DNA of 34,505 nucleotides, from the NCBI GenBank assembly GCA_051453625.1, contig JBOZIK010000001.1:38174628-38209132 (forward strand), written 5' to 3'. The stretch is from Welwitschia mirabilis (taxonomy: Eukaryota). Positions 12,701-25,910 of this stretch are shown here, piece after piece (position 1 is the first letter of the stretch; every line of letters starts with the position of its first letter). The translations under genes and the position numbers were made by a program. The notes under the pieces were generated by a model that was not told the origin of the DNA, searched no databases, and saw only the letters and a program-made list of their open reading frames with translations.

Positions 12701-15700
12701 TATTCATGTAATCTTTACATCTTTTTTCAAATCCTATTAATCACAAAGATACTGAAAAACACACATACTAGTATAGATGAAAGTAAATCCAAATGTCATA
12801 ATTCATTAAAGGAACTAGGCTCAAAGCTAAAAAATTGATTTTCATGAAGTATCTTTAGGTTTTTCTTTTAAGGTTTAAAATAAAAATAATAATGCAAGAA
12901 AATAAACACACTATGCAATGAAAATAAATTCTACTCTAAATGTAATATTTATCCAACTACCAAATATTTATCCCCAAGATCAACCCTATGTAATCTAGAT
13001 CAATTAGGAAAATTGTTACTAATATTAAACAACTAAGGTTATTAAGTACGTTTAGAATAATATGAAAAACATGCAATGATTAAGCTGGTAAATATGAAAT
13101 GCAATGCAATTGAATTCCTAAACTAATGATTTCAACCTTGACAAAGGTTACCCTTAATGACCTATATTAATTATAAAACTGTTACAAAATCATAACCAAC
13201 ATAAATTATAAGGGACATGCACATGAATAAAACTAATAAAAGATTTTCATTAGAAGTCAAACCAACATCCTATTACAAAGCAGTAGCAACTTGATGAAGG
13301 AGACACAACCCAATACCAAGGAAGACTCCTCTTTATAACTAACAAATGGTCCTTCTATCCTTCAATATCCTATCATAAGAATTTTTAGTATTAAAGAAGA
13401 TAAACTCAGAGAAAGAGTAGAGCCAGTATTTAATTACAATAATAAACTTCAAGAATAGAAAATCTAATGATCACAATAAAAACATAGGAGGTGCATGACA
13501 CATTACACAAGTTTGATCCATATTAGCTTGCATATTCAATCCATTTAGCATCTCTATTAATAACTACATGTTATCATTTAGCATTATCATCCAGATAATG
13601 AAGGGGATGATGATATTCTTAAAGCTCTTTCATCAAGTTAAAATAACTTTAAAGATCATTAACTCCTCCTAAAAATATGAAGTATTATAATTAATCTAAA
13701 GTACTTCTAAAAGTACTAGTAATTATGAATTTTCATGATTTTATTCTTGACTCTAAATAATAATTATTTTTTACTTAAACCTGTTTAAATGTCCTAAAAA
13801 ACTACTAAAATACATAATCAAAAACATATAATTTGACATCACAACATAGCCTCCCACTTATCCTTATTAGTCCTTGATAAAGTTGGTGAACAACTATAAT
13901 TGTGAACTAAACTAACTAATACAAATATTGACTAGAGAAGCATAAATTAACTTTAGAAATTTTATTATGTAGGATCCAATCTTAGAAAATAATAAATTAA
14001 ATGTTTTATATTAGCATATTATGTAACCATGATATCATCCAATATATTGTCCAGATTATGAGGATGATAATCTTTTGAAAATTAGACTATACAATAAAAT
14101 GTCTATAACTATACTCATTAGAAAACAAGATTAAGACGCTTATAATGTATTAGCCTCCTACTTAAAACATTTAGCACAATAAAGGAATAAATATTTTATA
14201 GTTGATGTATCAACTAATTCTAATGTGATTTATGTAGGTTTAATTTTTTCTTCTAATCTAAGCCTTTTACAAATATGCAGAGGCATGATATTTACACTTG
14301 CTCCTATGTTAATTAAAGATTTTTTTATTTTCTCATTTTCTTATAAAGTAACACTTACTATTATTGCTCTAGGATTTTTAAATTTAGGAGCTTTTTATAT
14401 GACTAAGTTAAAAGTAGATTATGCAAGGAAGACTTTACTAGGACTAGTACATTTTTATTGTCTTCTAATTAGGTCTTTCCACAACTTAGAATACTTAGGA
14501 TTTTCTTACAAGAGTTTTTGAAAGGATGATTTGATATTAACATCTTGTATTAAGGCTTTTAAGTACTCATCAAAAGTAGGATTTATATTTAGTTTATTAA
14601 GCCAAGGAGTAGCTTGTGTTTTTATCTTATCTTTTTAATTAAAGCTCATATAAAGTTGAAGGGAAATTATATGTTTCCAATATTTCTATATCATTCTCTT
14701 CCTTACTTATTCATCAATTTTGGAAGTTGAATTTACATAAATAGATGGTATTGCATCAAATACTTTATAATCTCTCTTTAATTCATTTATATTTGAAAAA
14801 GTTTAAGTTGTAAGAGATTCTTGTGATCTTTAAATGCTAATATTATTTGTTGGAATACATTAAATAAATTTTTCATGGTTGTGTTAGTCTTTTCTTATGT
14901 TCTTCTTAACTCATCCATTGTGTCTATAACTAGTTCTTGTTGATTTTGAAAATTTAAAGAGCCTATTTTGAAGTTATTTAGTTATCATTAGATCTATTAT
15001 CATAAGCTTTCCAATTTAATTATTCACTCATTCATTGTTGATATTGTATTTGGTTTTGAAAATTTGGATGCCTTTGGTTAAATGCAGCTTTAGATATTTT
15101 CTCTTTACATGTTGGTAATAAGGAACATTCCTTTGTTACATGAGAGTTATCTTTACATATATCACATATTGATGTTACATTATTTTTAGTTTCTACTTTT
15201 GCATATAGAATGATTTAAGTGTATTTTTCCAAAGAAGTAGCAAAATTTTTTATTACATTTATTGCATTATTTTGAACTTCTTCCTTATCATGTTTTACTT
15301 GTTTTAAGTCCTTTATCATTTGATTTATAATTTCATTATCTTTAAATATTAGTTTAGGCTAAGTTTAATTAATTTTAATAAGATCTTTCAATAATGTTCA
15401 TGTATTATCTAAATCTAATTTCATCAAGTTACCATTGTAAAAAAGTTTATAAGTTATTTGGTTTCCCTATATAATCTACTATAAAAATAATCTATTAATT
15501 GTTTTTTAGGGAATTCATTAATAGGATTGGCATAAGTAGCTATAATAAATCGTTCATATGTTATGGCATAATATTTATTAGGTTGTTGTTAAAAGTTTGT
15601 GACTTTTTTACTTTTTTCTTTCTCATTGTACTCTCACTCATAATTCTTTTGATAAAAGCTTCTTATACTTGACTCTAGATTTTAAGACTTTTATGAGGTA

Positions 15701-16487
15701 TGATTTTAAGCCAAACTTTTGCTCTATCTCTAAGTGTAATAGAAAACATAATCATGTAAGTTTTATTAATAATTCATTCTTTTCCAATTTCTAAAGTAAA
15801 CACTAATTGTTCTATGTTAGGAATATGTTGAAAAGAATCTTCATTAGGTTCTTTTGAAAAGGTTAGATAAGAATTTAATTTTTTTAATTTTATTTCATTA
15901 TCAAAAGGTAGATCAAAAGGGTTTTGGATATCATATTTTCTATTAGCAATTAAATTCCTAATTGAAACATTTATGTTCGCAGTAGAATTTACATTACAAG
16001 TTCCTATTATCATTGGGGTGTTAGATGATACTACTTATTTATCTTTTTACACTATATTCAAATTAGATGAAGAAAAATGATTTTATTCTATACTAATTTA
16101 TTTTGAAAAATTAGAGAATGAAACAATGAAAGTTGAAAAATCTTCTTGTTCAACTCTTGGAATTCTATGCATATGTGCATCCCTAAGTTAAGCTTGAAGT
16201 TAACTAGACCTTTTCTATTATTTTCNNNNNNNNNNATTTTCCTTAATTAGGTTTTTCTCCCTATGATACTTCATATTTTTACCCAAGTGTACCATATCCA
16301 TGCATGCTCAGTAATGTGTTTGAAATTATCATCTCTATTCTTATCTAGACGATGATCTAAATGACTAATTCACAAAACAGAAAACAAAAAATAGAGAACA
16401 AAGAAAAATAAAAATGAAATAGAACCAAAAACTGACAGTTATCCACCTATGTCATTTAGATGACAGAGGAGATGATATTGACTTACT
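12700..16487 (-). mobile_element. Nested Athila-like element remnant (gag-protease, PPT region, 3' LTR) inserted into the RT of the host element
   Basis: gag MFSITLRDRAKVWLK (~15705-15750), protease SLINIGASVNIMPLHIC (~14270-14320), similarity of 14230-15250 to 17530-18600, Athila-type 3' end AAGGACTAATAAGGATAAGTGGGAGGC then TGATG at ~13841-13880. Termini and TSD not resolved. Confidence 0.7.
12850..13841 (-). repeat. Probable Athila-type 3' LTR
   Basis: Begins TGATG at 13841 right after the PPT-like tract; non-coding. Left boundary uncertain. Confidence 0.5.
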
Positions 16488-18750
16488 AGTAATAGGAATA
16501 TCCTTTTATTCTATCAAGCGGTTAATCAAGAAAAGATAGAGGTTAATGATTCTTCTTAGTGACTTTGTTAAGTTTTCTAAAGTGAATGTACATTCTCCAT
16601 TTTCCATCCTTTTTAGGAACTACTATCAAAGGGCTAATCCACTTACTATTAGATTTAAAATAGATAATCCTAGCATCCATAAGTTTAATAATTTCATCTT
16701 TAATTACTTTTTTAAGGGCTAAACCTTTGTTGGATTACCTAACTAGTTTAGCATTATCTCTAAGGTAGATTTTATACTAAACTATGGAAGGAGGAATGGT
16801 AGCGAAGTCTTTGTGAGTCCAATCTAAAGCATTTTCCTTAGAAGTTAAAAGTGATACTAATTTAGATTCTTGTTGAGGAGTAAGAATTTCACTTATTACC
16901 AAAGATTTATTTATATTATTAAACAAAAAAATGTATTTCAGACCTTTGGGTAACTCTTTTAGTTATAAGTTGTAACATCTAGTTTCTATTGCTAAATTAT
17001 CATCATTGACTATCATCTCGGACTATCTTATAGATGAATTTAATAAAAGACATTCCTTAAAAAGGTTTTCTACTAAGTTCACATATTAGACCTTTTCCTA
17101 ACTTAAAACTTTCTCCTTCTCATAATCGAGACAGTGCATTTTAGTTGGGACATTATACAAGGTTGTTTCATGTAGCATTATCAATATCTCCTCAATTAGG
17201 TGATGTTGTAAAAATAAATAAAGTTGATTTAGGTTATTTTTATAAGTTATAATCATCTCTTATTTCTTTTTATTATCATAGAAAACTCTAATGGAGAACT
17301 TCTTCTTGCCTACATGACATTCTATCATTTTAGTTCATGTGTCATTTGATAGAATGGACAGTTGCATAAAAGGATCTTCCTAAGAGTAGTGGATAACCTC
17401 TATCATATTTGAATTCAATAATAATCATGTTTATGAGATAGAATACTTCTTTCATTTAGATAAATAAGTCTTTGATAATCTTCAATGGTTTTTTGATTGA
17501 GGTATTAACCAATTCTAAGATGATTCATACAGGTTTCACTCTATTTTCCAACACAAGTCTTGTACATATGTGAAGAGGCATGATGTTTATAGTTTCTTCT
17601 ATGTTAATTAAGTATTTTTTAATTCTCTTATTTCCTTCCAAAGTAACACTTATTATTTCTGCCCTAGGATTTTTGAATTTAAAACACTCTTGCATGAATA
17701 AGTTACAAATAGATTGAGTAAGGGAGATCTTACTAGGAATGATATGTTTTTATTTTCTTCTAATTAGGTCTTTTCATGACTTATCATACTTAGGATTTTA
17801 TTGCAAGGATTTTTTAAAAAGATAAGTTGATATTTATATCTTGCACTAAGGCTTTCAAGTACTCATCATAAGTAGGATTTTTGTTTAACCTATTAATCCA
17901 AGGAGTAAATAGTTTCTTTCCTTTTTTTTCTTATGAAGAATATTTCATGGTAAGTTTATAATTTAAAATTAAAAAGAAGTTATATGTGTCTAAAACTTCT
18001 ACATCATATTCTTCCTTTTCTTTTTCATTATTTTTGAAAGTAAAGCCTCATGAATAGAAGGTGTTATGTTCTTTTCACTTCTAGTTATGACCTTCAAATC
18101 TCTCTTAACTTTATTTAAGTTTGGTAAAAGTTGAAATGCAAGAAACCTTGTGATCATTGATTGGCTAACATTGTTTTTAAAGGATATTAACTAAGTTTTA
18201 AGGTTATTATTGGTATTTTGTTACATTTTTTACAATTCTTCTATTGAATATCTAAGTAGATTACTTAGATTTAGTTGAAGATTTGATATACTTGGGTGAA
18301 AGTTGGAGTTATCTGATTGAAAGTTTGAGTTTCTGAATCTATTTTTAAAAGGTTTAAATTTTATGATTCTTTATTAATATTATGATTGATTTTTAAGGTT
18401 GAAAGGTCTTTAATTGAATGCATACACCTCCTCAAACATCCTTTCTTTACAAGTTGGTTACATGGAGCATTCTTTTGTTAGATGAGATTTGTTTATGTAT
18501 ATATGTGACATGCTAAAGTTGTGTTTCTATCTTTTACTACCTTTGTATGAACTATTATTTAAATTTACTTCTCCAAAGTGATAGCGAAATACTTAATCAC
18601 ATTTAACTTCCTTCTTGTTGCACTGCTAATTTTTGATTATTTGATGGGGTTTTATGAACTATTTTGTAGGCCATTTGCATAGGTTTAGGTGTAATTCTGA
18701 GGATTTTTGGAGAATTAATAGAAGATCTTGGAAATGTGCAATTCTTAGTA
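16488..18750 (-). pseudogene. Athila-like Ty3/gypsy proximal part: gag C-terminus, protease, RT N-terminus
   Basis: Minus strand: LINIEETINIMPLHIC (~17563-17610; decayed LCDLGASINIMP) and EIIKLMDARIIYFKSNSKWISPLIVVPKKDGKWRMYIHFRKLNKVTKKNH*PLSFLD*PLDRIKGYSYY (~16488-16700). Confidence 0.85.
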
Positions 18751-19513
18751 ATATTTAATTAATTTAAGTTACATTCTAATACATAGATCTCTAGAGAAAG
18801 ATTTGTAATAAAAAGATTAACTTCTACTGACTTTAATGATTAAAGAAGACCATTATCCCCTCTATTGTCTCCATGACAGGCAGGACGATGATAACATTTG
18901 TTGCTAAGCTGGACTACTAAATCATCTGCTGAGTTATTTGTTAAGTTACCTTTTGTAATGAGGTGTCATCTCCATCATTGTCTAGATAATAGTCAGGATG
19001 ACAATGACATTGTAATTGACTCTAACAGCTAATCCTTGACCATTTCATCTATTTATTATTTGTAAAAGAATGTATTTTTGAAGTGCCTTTTATTTGTCAT
19101 TTTTTACTATTTTTTCTCATAAATAAGTTCCCCTTTAACTCTTTTGTCTATCTTTTTTGCATTAGAAATTCTTGTGATAAGAGATTGAAGGGTAGAAGAG
19201 CCATCTTGAGTGTTACAAAAAGAATGTTCCCTTGGTGAAGGGTTGTGTATTCTCGATTGAGGCTTAGATTTTGTAACCTAGATGTTGTTACCTCTTAATA
19301 TATGTTGTCATGAATGTTTGACAAAATTCTAAGGGGATTTTAAACTAAATCACATCATATGAAATTTAGAAATAGTTACTATGAATGTTAATAGCATTAG
19401 GAAAAGGCCATCTAATAAAATTCTGAGATATGGAGGTAATTCCTATAAAAATATAACTAATTGAAAGATCTTTTTCAAATTCCAATGGATAAAAAACTAA
19501 TTAAAAGTTAATG

Positions 19514-20037
19514 NNNNNNNNNNNNNNNNNNNNNNNNNNNNNNNNNNNNNNNNNNNNNNNNNNNNNNNNNNNNNNNNNNNNNNNNNNNNNNNNNNNNNNN
19601 NNNNNNNNNNNNNNNNNNNNNNNNNNNNNNNNNNNNNNNNNNNNNNNNNNNNNNNNNNNNNNNNNNNNNNNNNNNNNNNNNNNNNNNNNNNNNNNNNNNN
19701 NNNNNNNNNNNNNNNNNNNNNNNNNNNNNNNNNNNNNNNNNNNNNNNNNNNNNNNNNNNNNNNNNNNNNNNNNNNNNNNNNNNNNNNNNNNNNNNNNNNN
19801 NNNNNNNNNNNNNNNNNNNNNNNNNNNNNNNNNNNNNNNNNNNNNNNNNNNNNNNNNNNNNNNNNNNNNNNNNNNNNNNNNNNNNNNNNNNNNNNNNNNN
19901 NNNNNNNNNNNNNNNNNNNNNNNNNNNNNNNNNNNNNNNNNNNNNNNNNNNNNNNNNNNNNNNNNNNNNNNNNNNNNNNNNNNNNNNNNNNNNNNNNNNN
20001 NNNNNNNNNNNNNNNNNNNNNNNNNNNNNNNNNNNNN
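19514..20037. other. Assembly gap
   Basis: Run of N. Confidence 1.
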
Positions 20038-20869
20038 AATAGATGAATGAATTTAATGTTAGTATAATTTTCTAGACTTTTAGTTATAGTTATCCAAAAT
20101 TAAAAAAGCTAAAATTTAATTCAAAATACTTTTTGGTTCCAAAATCTCTAGGATTCAATTTAATGTGAAATGCTTTTATCTTTGATTTTTATATAGTTTG
20201 AAATATCAAAATACATACAAGTTAGCATTATAGAAAATTAAGTACCTAAAAGCAGAGCTTAATTCCCTACATTGCTAAGGAAATATTGGTTTTAATAGCG
20301 ATGGCCTCGATGAAGTTATAAAGCTTAGAGAGGAGGGGATATCTGACTTTATAAAACTAAGAATTCATAATAAAAATGGAGTTTCTAAAAACATTAGCAT
20401 CAAATAAAAGGCCACAGAGCTCATTGATGGTATAAATGAAGTCCTGGTAATGCAATTTATAGACATCTTCGATCTCGACCTCCTTTCTATGGGCAAAGAA
20501 GCATATTTGTTGAATAAGTGAGTTCAGCTTACTGGTTTCAAATTCCTTTTAGATGAGTCAATCCAAATCTTCACCATTAGCAATGAAAATTCCCCGTCTA
20601 GAATGCTTTCTAATCTTTCCATTACTATCTCCCACTACCAATCCTCTCTTGCTTTTTCTTTGAGTATGTATTGCTTTGCAGATCTACAGTTAAACCTTTT
20701 GTGATTACTTAATTCAAAAAAGAAAAAAAGCACTATCAAAGTAAAGTCGACACAAGGGAGGAGTGAAGAAGAAAAGGGAGTAGGGTTGTAGGCAATGGTA
20801 AATATTGTATTGCATTATAATGCCTCTACGGTATCATCTACATTTTGAAATTATACTCCTACAATCTAC

Positions 20870-22170
20870 ATTTTGGCATGTCAATTATTTACATATGCTA
20901 TTCAATCTTTGAAAGTTAAGAAAATACCTTGATTCACATATATGAAAAACTACTTAGTATTATAAAATCATTCCTTCTCATTAAACCCTTAATTATAGAA
21001 ACAAATTCTTAAGCCAAGTCAAATACTTCCTTTGGGATAGTTCATATCTATTCAAGTACTATCTAGATCAAATCATCTATAAATGTATGTCCTAAACTAA
21101 AACATATGACATTTTTAATTACTATCATTTTAAAGATTGTGGGGACCATTACTTATCTAATAAAACTGTTACTAGATTCCTTCATTCTAGTTTCTATTGG
21201 TTGTCTATTTTTAAGGATTTCTATCTTTATTACAAATATTGTGATAATTATTAAAAGTTAAGAAGTATTTCACAAAGGTATATGATATTCCTAAATCCCA
21301 TTCTCACTGTTAAATCCTTTGATATTTAAGAAATTATTTTTTAAGATCCTTATCCATCCTTAAGCAAGCACCAATACATTCTTGTCTATGTTGATTATGT
21401 AACTAAATGGATTGAGGCGTATGCATGTTAATAAAATAATGCTTAAATGATAATAAAGCTCTTTAAGAAAAATATCTCAACATGATTTGGCTAATCATGA
21501 GTTTTAGTTAATGATGAAGGAATACACTTTTGTAACAAAGTATTTAATAACCTTTTTCCTAAGTATGAGGTTACACATAAGGTAGAAACATCTCATCACC
21601 CCTAGACTAGTAATGAAGTTAATGTTATTAATAATAAAATTATAAATTTTACAAAAGATGATAAAATTAATAAGGAAGGACTGGTCCTTTAAGTTTAATA
21701 ATGTTTTATGGGCCTATTGCACCAATTTCAAGACTCATTTAGAAATTTTACCATTTAAATTAGTCTATAGTAAATCTTATCATTTACCTATAGAACTCTA
21801 ATACAAGGCATATCAGGTAATTAATAGTATGGACTTAGATATAGAAGTTGCAAGAAGGAATGAGATGATATAACTTAATGAATTAGAAAAATTTAGAAAC
21901 GACACCTATGAGAACATTAATATCAACAAGAAAAGAATGAAAAATTTTCACAATCAAAACATCCTTAAGGAAATGTTTTACAAAGGAAAACTGGTTTTGC
22001 TCTAAACTCATGATTACATCTTTTTTAAAAATAAAAGTCACTAACTGGAAAGGCCTTTTTTTAATAACAAAGGCTTGTCTAATGGAGTATTTCTCATTAA
22101 AAATCCTAAAAAAATTAGTACTAATTCAAGATTATTAGACATCTCCTTAGCATTACAATCTACCTATTCT
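20870..22170 (+). pseudogene. Athila-like Ty3/gypsy integrase remnant
   Basis: QVKYFLWDSSYLFKY, CGDHY, FYW, PLNPIL-like, VDYVTKWIEA (~21390-21420), DEGIHFCNK, HP*TS, KDWS...LWAY, WKGPF; many stops and frameshifts. Confidence 0.9.
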
Positions 22171-25100
22171 AGTGACTTATGAATTTATAAGACTTACAAC
22201 CATAGGTTAGTGGCCTTAAACAAAAATAAATAATAAGTGATCTTATTATCACTTAGGTAATAGTTACAAGTTCTTAAGAAAACATTATTCTTATTTCAAG
22301 TGTGATTTTTAAAAGGAACATTTGCTTAAGGTCCATAATTTTAGTAAATCATGATTAAAAAGGGTAGGATCTACCTTCACATTATTCTCCTTAACTCTAA
22401 AAGCTTTTGATGGGGATAATATTTGTCTTGATTAGGCTAATGAGCCCATGAAACCTTTAAATATGCATAAAAATTGAATATGAGAAGATGAATAAAATAA
22501 AATAATATATCTCTTCTTCAAACACATATATCATTAATTAATTAATTGGATTTAGTTAACTGCATTAAGGCTATAAATGCTCACTAGAAATGTATCTCTA
22601 ATGATCTAATTGTAACATAATCAACTACATAGGGGCTATAAATACTCACTGGTAATGTAACACTAAGTTATACATAAAATAATATGCTTTTGGTAGAAAA
22701 TGTTGTAATACTAGATGCTTCATGTGATTCAAAAGCTTATACTATACTGAGGACATGTACATTAGTATAAATAAGAAACAAAGGAATAAAAAAGGTGGGA
22801 ATTATAGGTTTTCTATGATCTATTGTCTTTTAACTTTTATACTTATTATTTTCCTATATTTCTTAAAATTCATATAAATTACTTGATCAAGACTATGCTG
22901 AGTTAATTTTTAGATCCACTAAAAAAAATATAAAACATAATAAAGGCCATTAACTTACATTAGTTTGCTCATTCATTTATCAATTTATGGTTTAGTTCTT
23001 TGATACATTTTCATTTTCCATTTCCATCACCTACCATACTTCATGATCCTTTTCATGAGAAATAAAGAGTAAGGCATGCACTATTTTTATAGATTAACCT
23101 TTCACTTAGTACCATTTTACATTACTTATTCTTTTCCTTTTTATAGATTAGCTACATCACTTTACATGGTTTTTAAAATAAGGACTCATAGACATCTTTC
23201 TAAGGTTATTTTCTTAAATTACTCTAATTTCTTCATCATATAACATTGAGGATAAAATTTAATTTTGGTTGGGTTATGCCATTTAGTTCTCATGTTATTT
23301 TTCACCAAATTTTTTATGCCTTAATTATAAAAAATTATCATAAAAATTTTTAAAAATTATATGATTTTTACACTTAAGCACTTTAACTTAGATAATTTTT
23401 CCATGTTTAGCCATTTTTTATTAACTTTTTTATTAACTGACTAATTTATCTTAATAAGATATTAATATCTTGATTTTATCATAAAAACATGTGATNNNNN
23501 NNNNNAATTATGAATTTACCATTTGTGCATGACATTTTAGGTCATTTATGCCAATGCGAAGGACATGTTAAAAAATGACTATCATTGTCACTTAATACTA
23601 GGAATGCCATCTAGGACTGCTGATGCTATTGGTCCTTGGACACCAAATAATGAAAATATCATGTTCTTAATTTGTCATGGAGAATTAAATCAAATGTAGT
23701 TATGAGCTTGATCAAATTCCACATCAAAAGTAACTTACATTCTCGATGACATGTAGCGATGATGATGACAACGCATCACAAAGACATGTGGCATTACTGA
23801 GTAGGATGATGATGGAGACACATAGTGATGATAGTAGTTGGCAGTAGCACTAGCATCTAAGAGTCAAGTGTTGGCCTTGTCATAGGAATCGTTTTGAATC
23901 TCTATAAAATGGAATAGATGATCAATCACCCTACCTAATGCCACCATTATATAACTACTCACATGATGTTATAAGACAAAGGCATGTAACCCCTTTCCAT
24001 CCCCTCAACCATCCACCTATAAACCTCATACCTTACTTATAAAAGGGCCTTAAGACCTTCATTGTAATATCTTTAGCTTTGGAGAAATTTAAAACTTTGG
24101 AGCATTAAGTTACAATGGCCTTCTGAGCACCTCTTTAAGAAGTGATCTTGTCTTTAAGGATCACTTGAGGAGTTCTATCAGCATCCTTTCTTCTTTGTTG
24201 TAAAGTGATTTTTTTCTTAACACATAAAGTTAATTGCTTCAAATTTCAAGTGATAAGTCACTTTATACTTGGGATACTTAGGTATCAACTTAACTATTAA
24301 GCTTCATTTTATTTAAGTGGGTTTAGTATTTTAAATATATTGAGCTTGGGTACCTAGGGTTATTACTTTCCATTATTCTTTTAAGGCTATAAAAGGTCAA
24401 TAGCAATTAAGCTTACCATCCCTCATATGATGAATGATATTATGTTATCATTATCTAAGCCAAAAATACTTGATAATTTTAAGTGTGTTGTAGGAAAAGC
24501 ATTAGATAACATGAGATAAAGAACTATTAGAGAATGAATAGGTGAAGCCTTGAACATAGCTTTCTTCTATTCTTTTCCAAGTCAAAGTTTAAACCAAACT
24601 ATTTTTAACTCTCTTTCCTATTTTCCTTTCTTTAATTTATAACTTTCATTAAGTAAGAATTAGTACAAACTTCTAAAAACTACTTGGAGGGTGTAATAAC
24701 ATGTAAAATTTGAACGTATTTCAAGTAATGAAGCGTAATTTCATATAATAAATGTTTAGTTTCATGGTTTTATTATTTTATCTTGATTTATACTATTAAA
24801 GTCATGAAAAACTAACATTTTGTCTTCACCACTGATTTTGTTTAGATCTTTAATTTCATGCTAAAGCATGGGCTAAAAGTTCAAGTCTAAACTCCTCAAA
24901 GAGCCAATTGCATCAATAAGATCTAACAGTGATGTTAGTTATATTTTAATTTAGCATTTTAGTCTTACATTATGAGATTTGTGATAAATACAAGATCATT
25001 AAGGTGATTGATGGAGCCATCTTAAATTTTAAAAATATTATATAAATTCAAAAAATCTAATTTTAACCCTAATTTTATAAAAGCACACTTGGATTTCATT

Positions 25101-25910
25101 TTGCAACATTTTATTATATGTTGTCTATTATCAATCTTTTGAAATTGATAGGGGTTTAGAATATGTATTATTTCTAAGTTCTTTTCTTTAAGAATGAGCT
25201 ATCCCATAATGCTAGCATGACATTTCAAGTTTCTCCTTGAGTCTTTCACTCTTATGAAAATTTTATTTTATTAGTACAATAAAGTGCTATAGTTTCTTTA
25301 ATTTACTTTCTTAATTTCAAGTTATAAATGCTTGTTTAGACTTATAATACTTGATTTAGATTTAAACATGTTAAGCTATTATGAATTTTTGAGTGAATTC
25401 TTAGCTACATAACTTAGCTTATGATTTACCTTTTACTTAATGATATTTGAAATGTTTTCCTAATTTTTGTGGCTATGAAGTAAGCCATGAAATCTAAGAT
25501 AACTTGGAGACTTCACCAACATTTATGTGGTGAATGTGATTATGTCATAATTCTTAAGCTTAAATGATATCTTAACATGATTTCTTGGAATTAACCATAT
25601 AGCAACTCTATTAAAATAAAAACTCATGTCATTATTGTTATGTTCATGCTAGATTATTAGATCTATGCCTCATTCCTAGCTCATTTTATTAATCAACATA
25701 CTCTTTTGTAGTACTAAATCTCTTTGTGATAATTATGTACATAGATTTTATGCATGCTTTACTACTTTGTTACTACATTTACCTTTTGGAAATAGGGATA
25801 CTAGGACGACAGTCCAAATAAATGTCCTAGTATATTTTGATAAAAGTTGGATTTGGCTTCATAAGATTTGTATCCCTAGGATGGTTTCCCACAAACTCAT
25901 AACAAACACA
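22170..25910 (+). mobile_element. Athila-like 3' non-coding region and probable LTR(s)
   Basis: Athila-type motifs CTGAGGACA (~22748), CATTGAGGATAA...TTTGGTTGGG (~23244-23273), TTGGAGGGTGT then putative LTR from ~24692 with TATAAAAG ~25075. A separate LTR-like piece at ~23506-24360 has TATAAAAGGG at 24038. Boundaries approximate. Confidence 0.5.
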
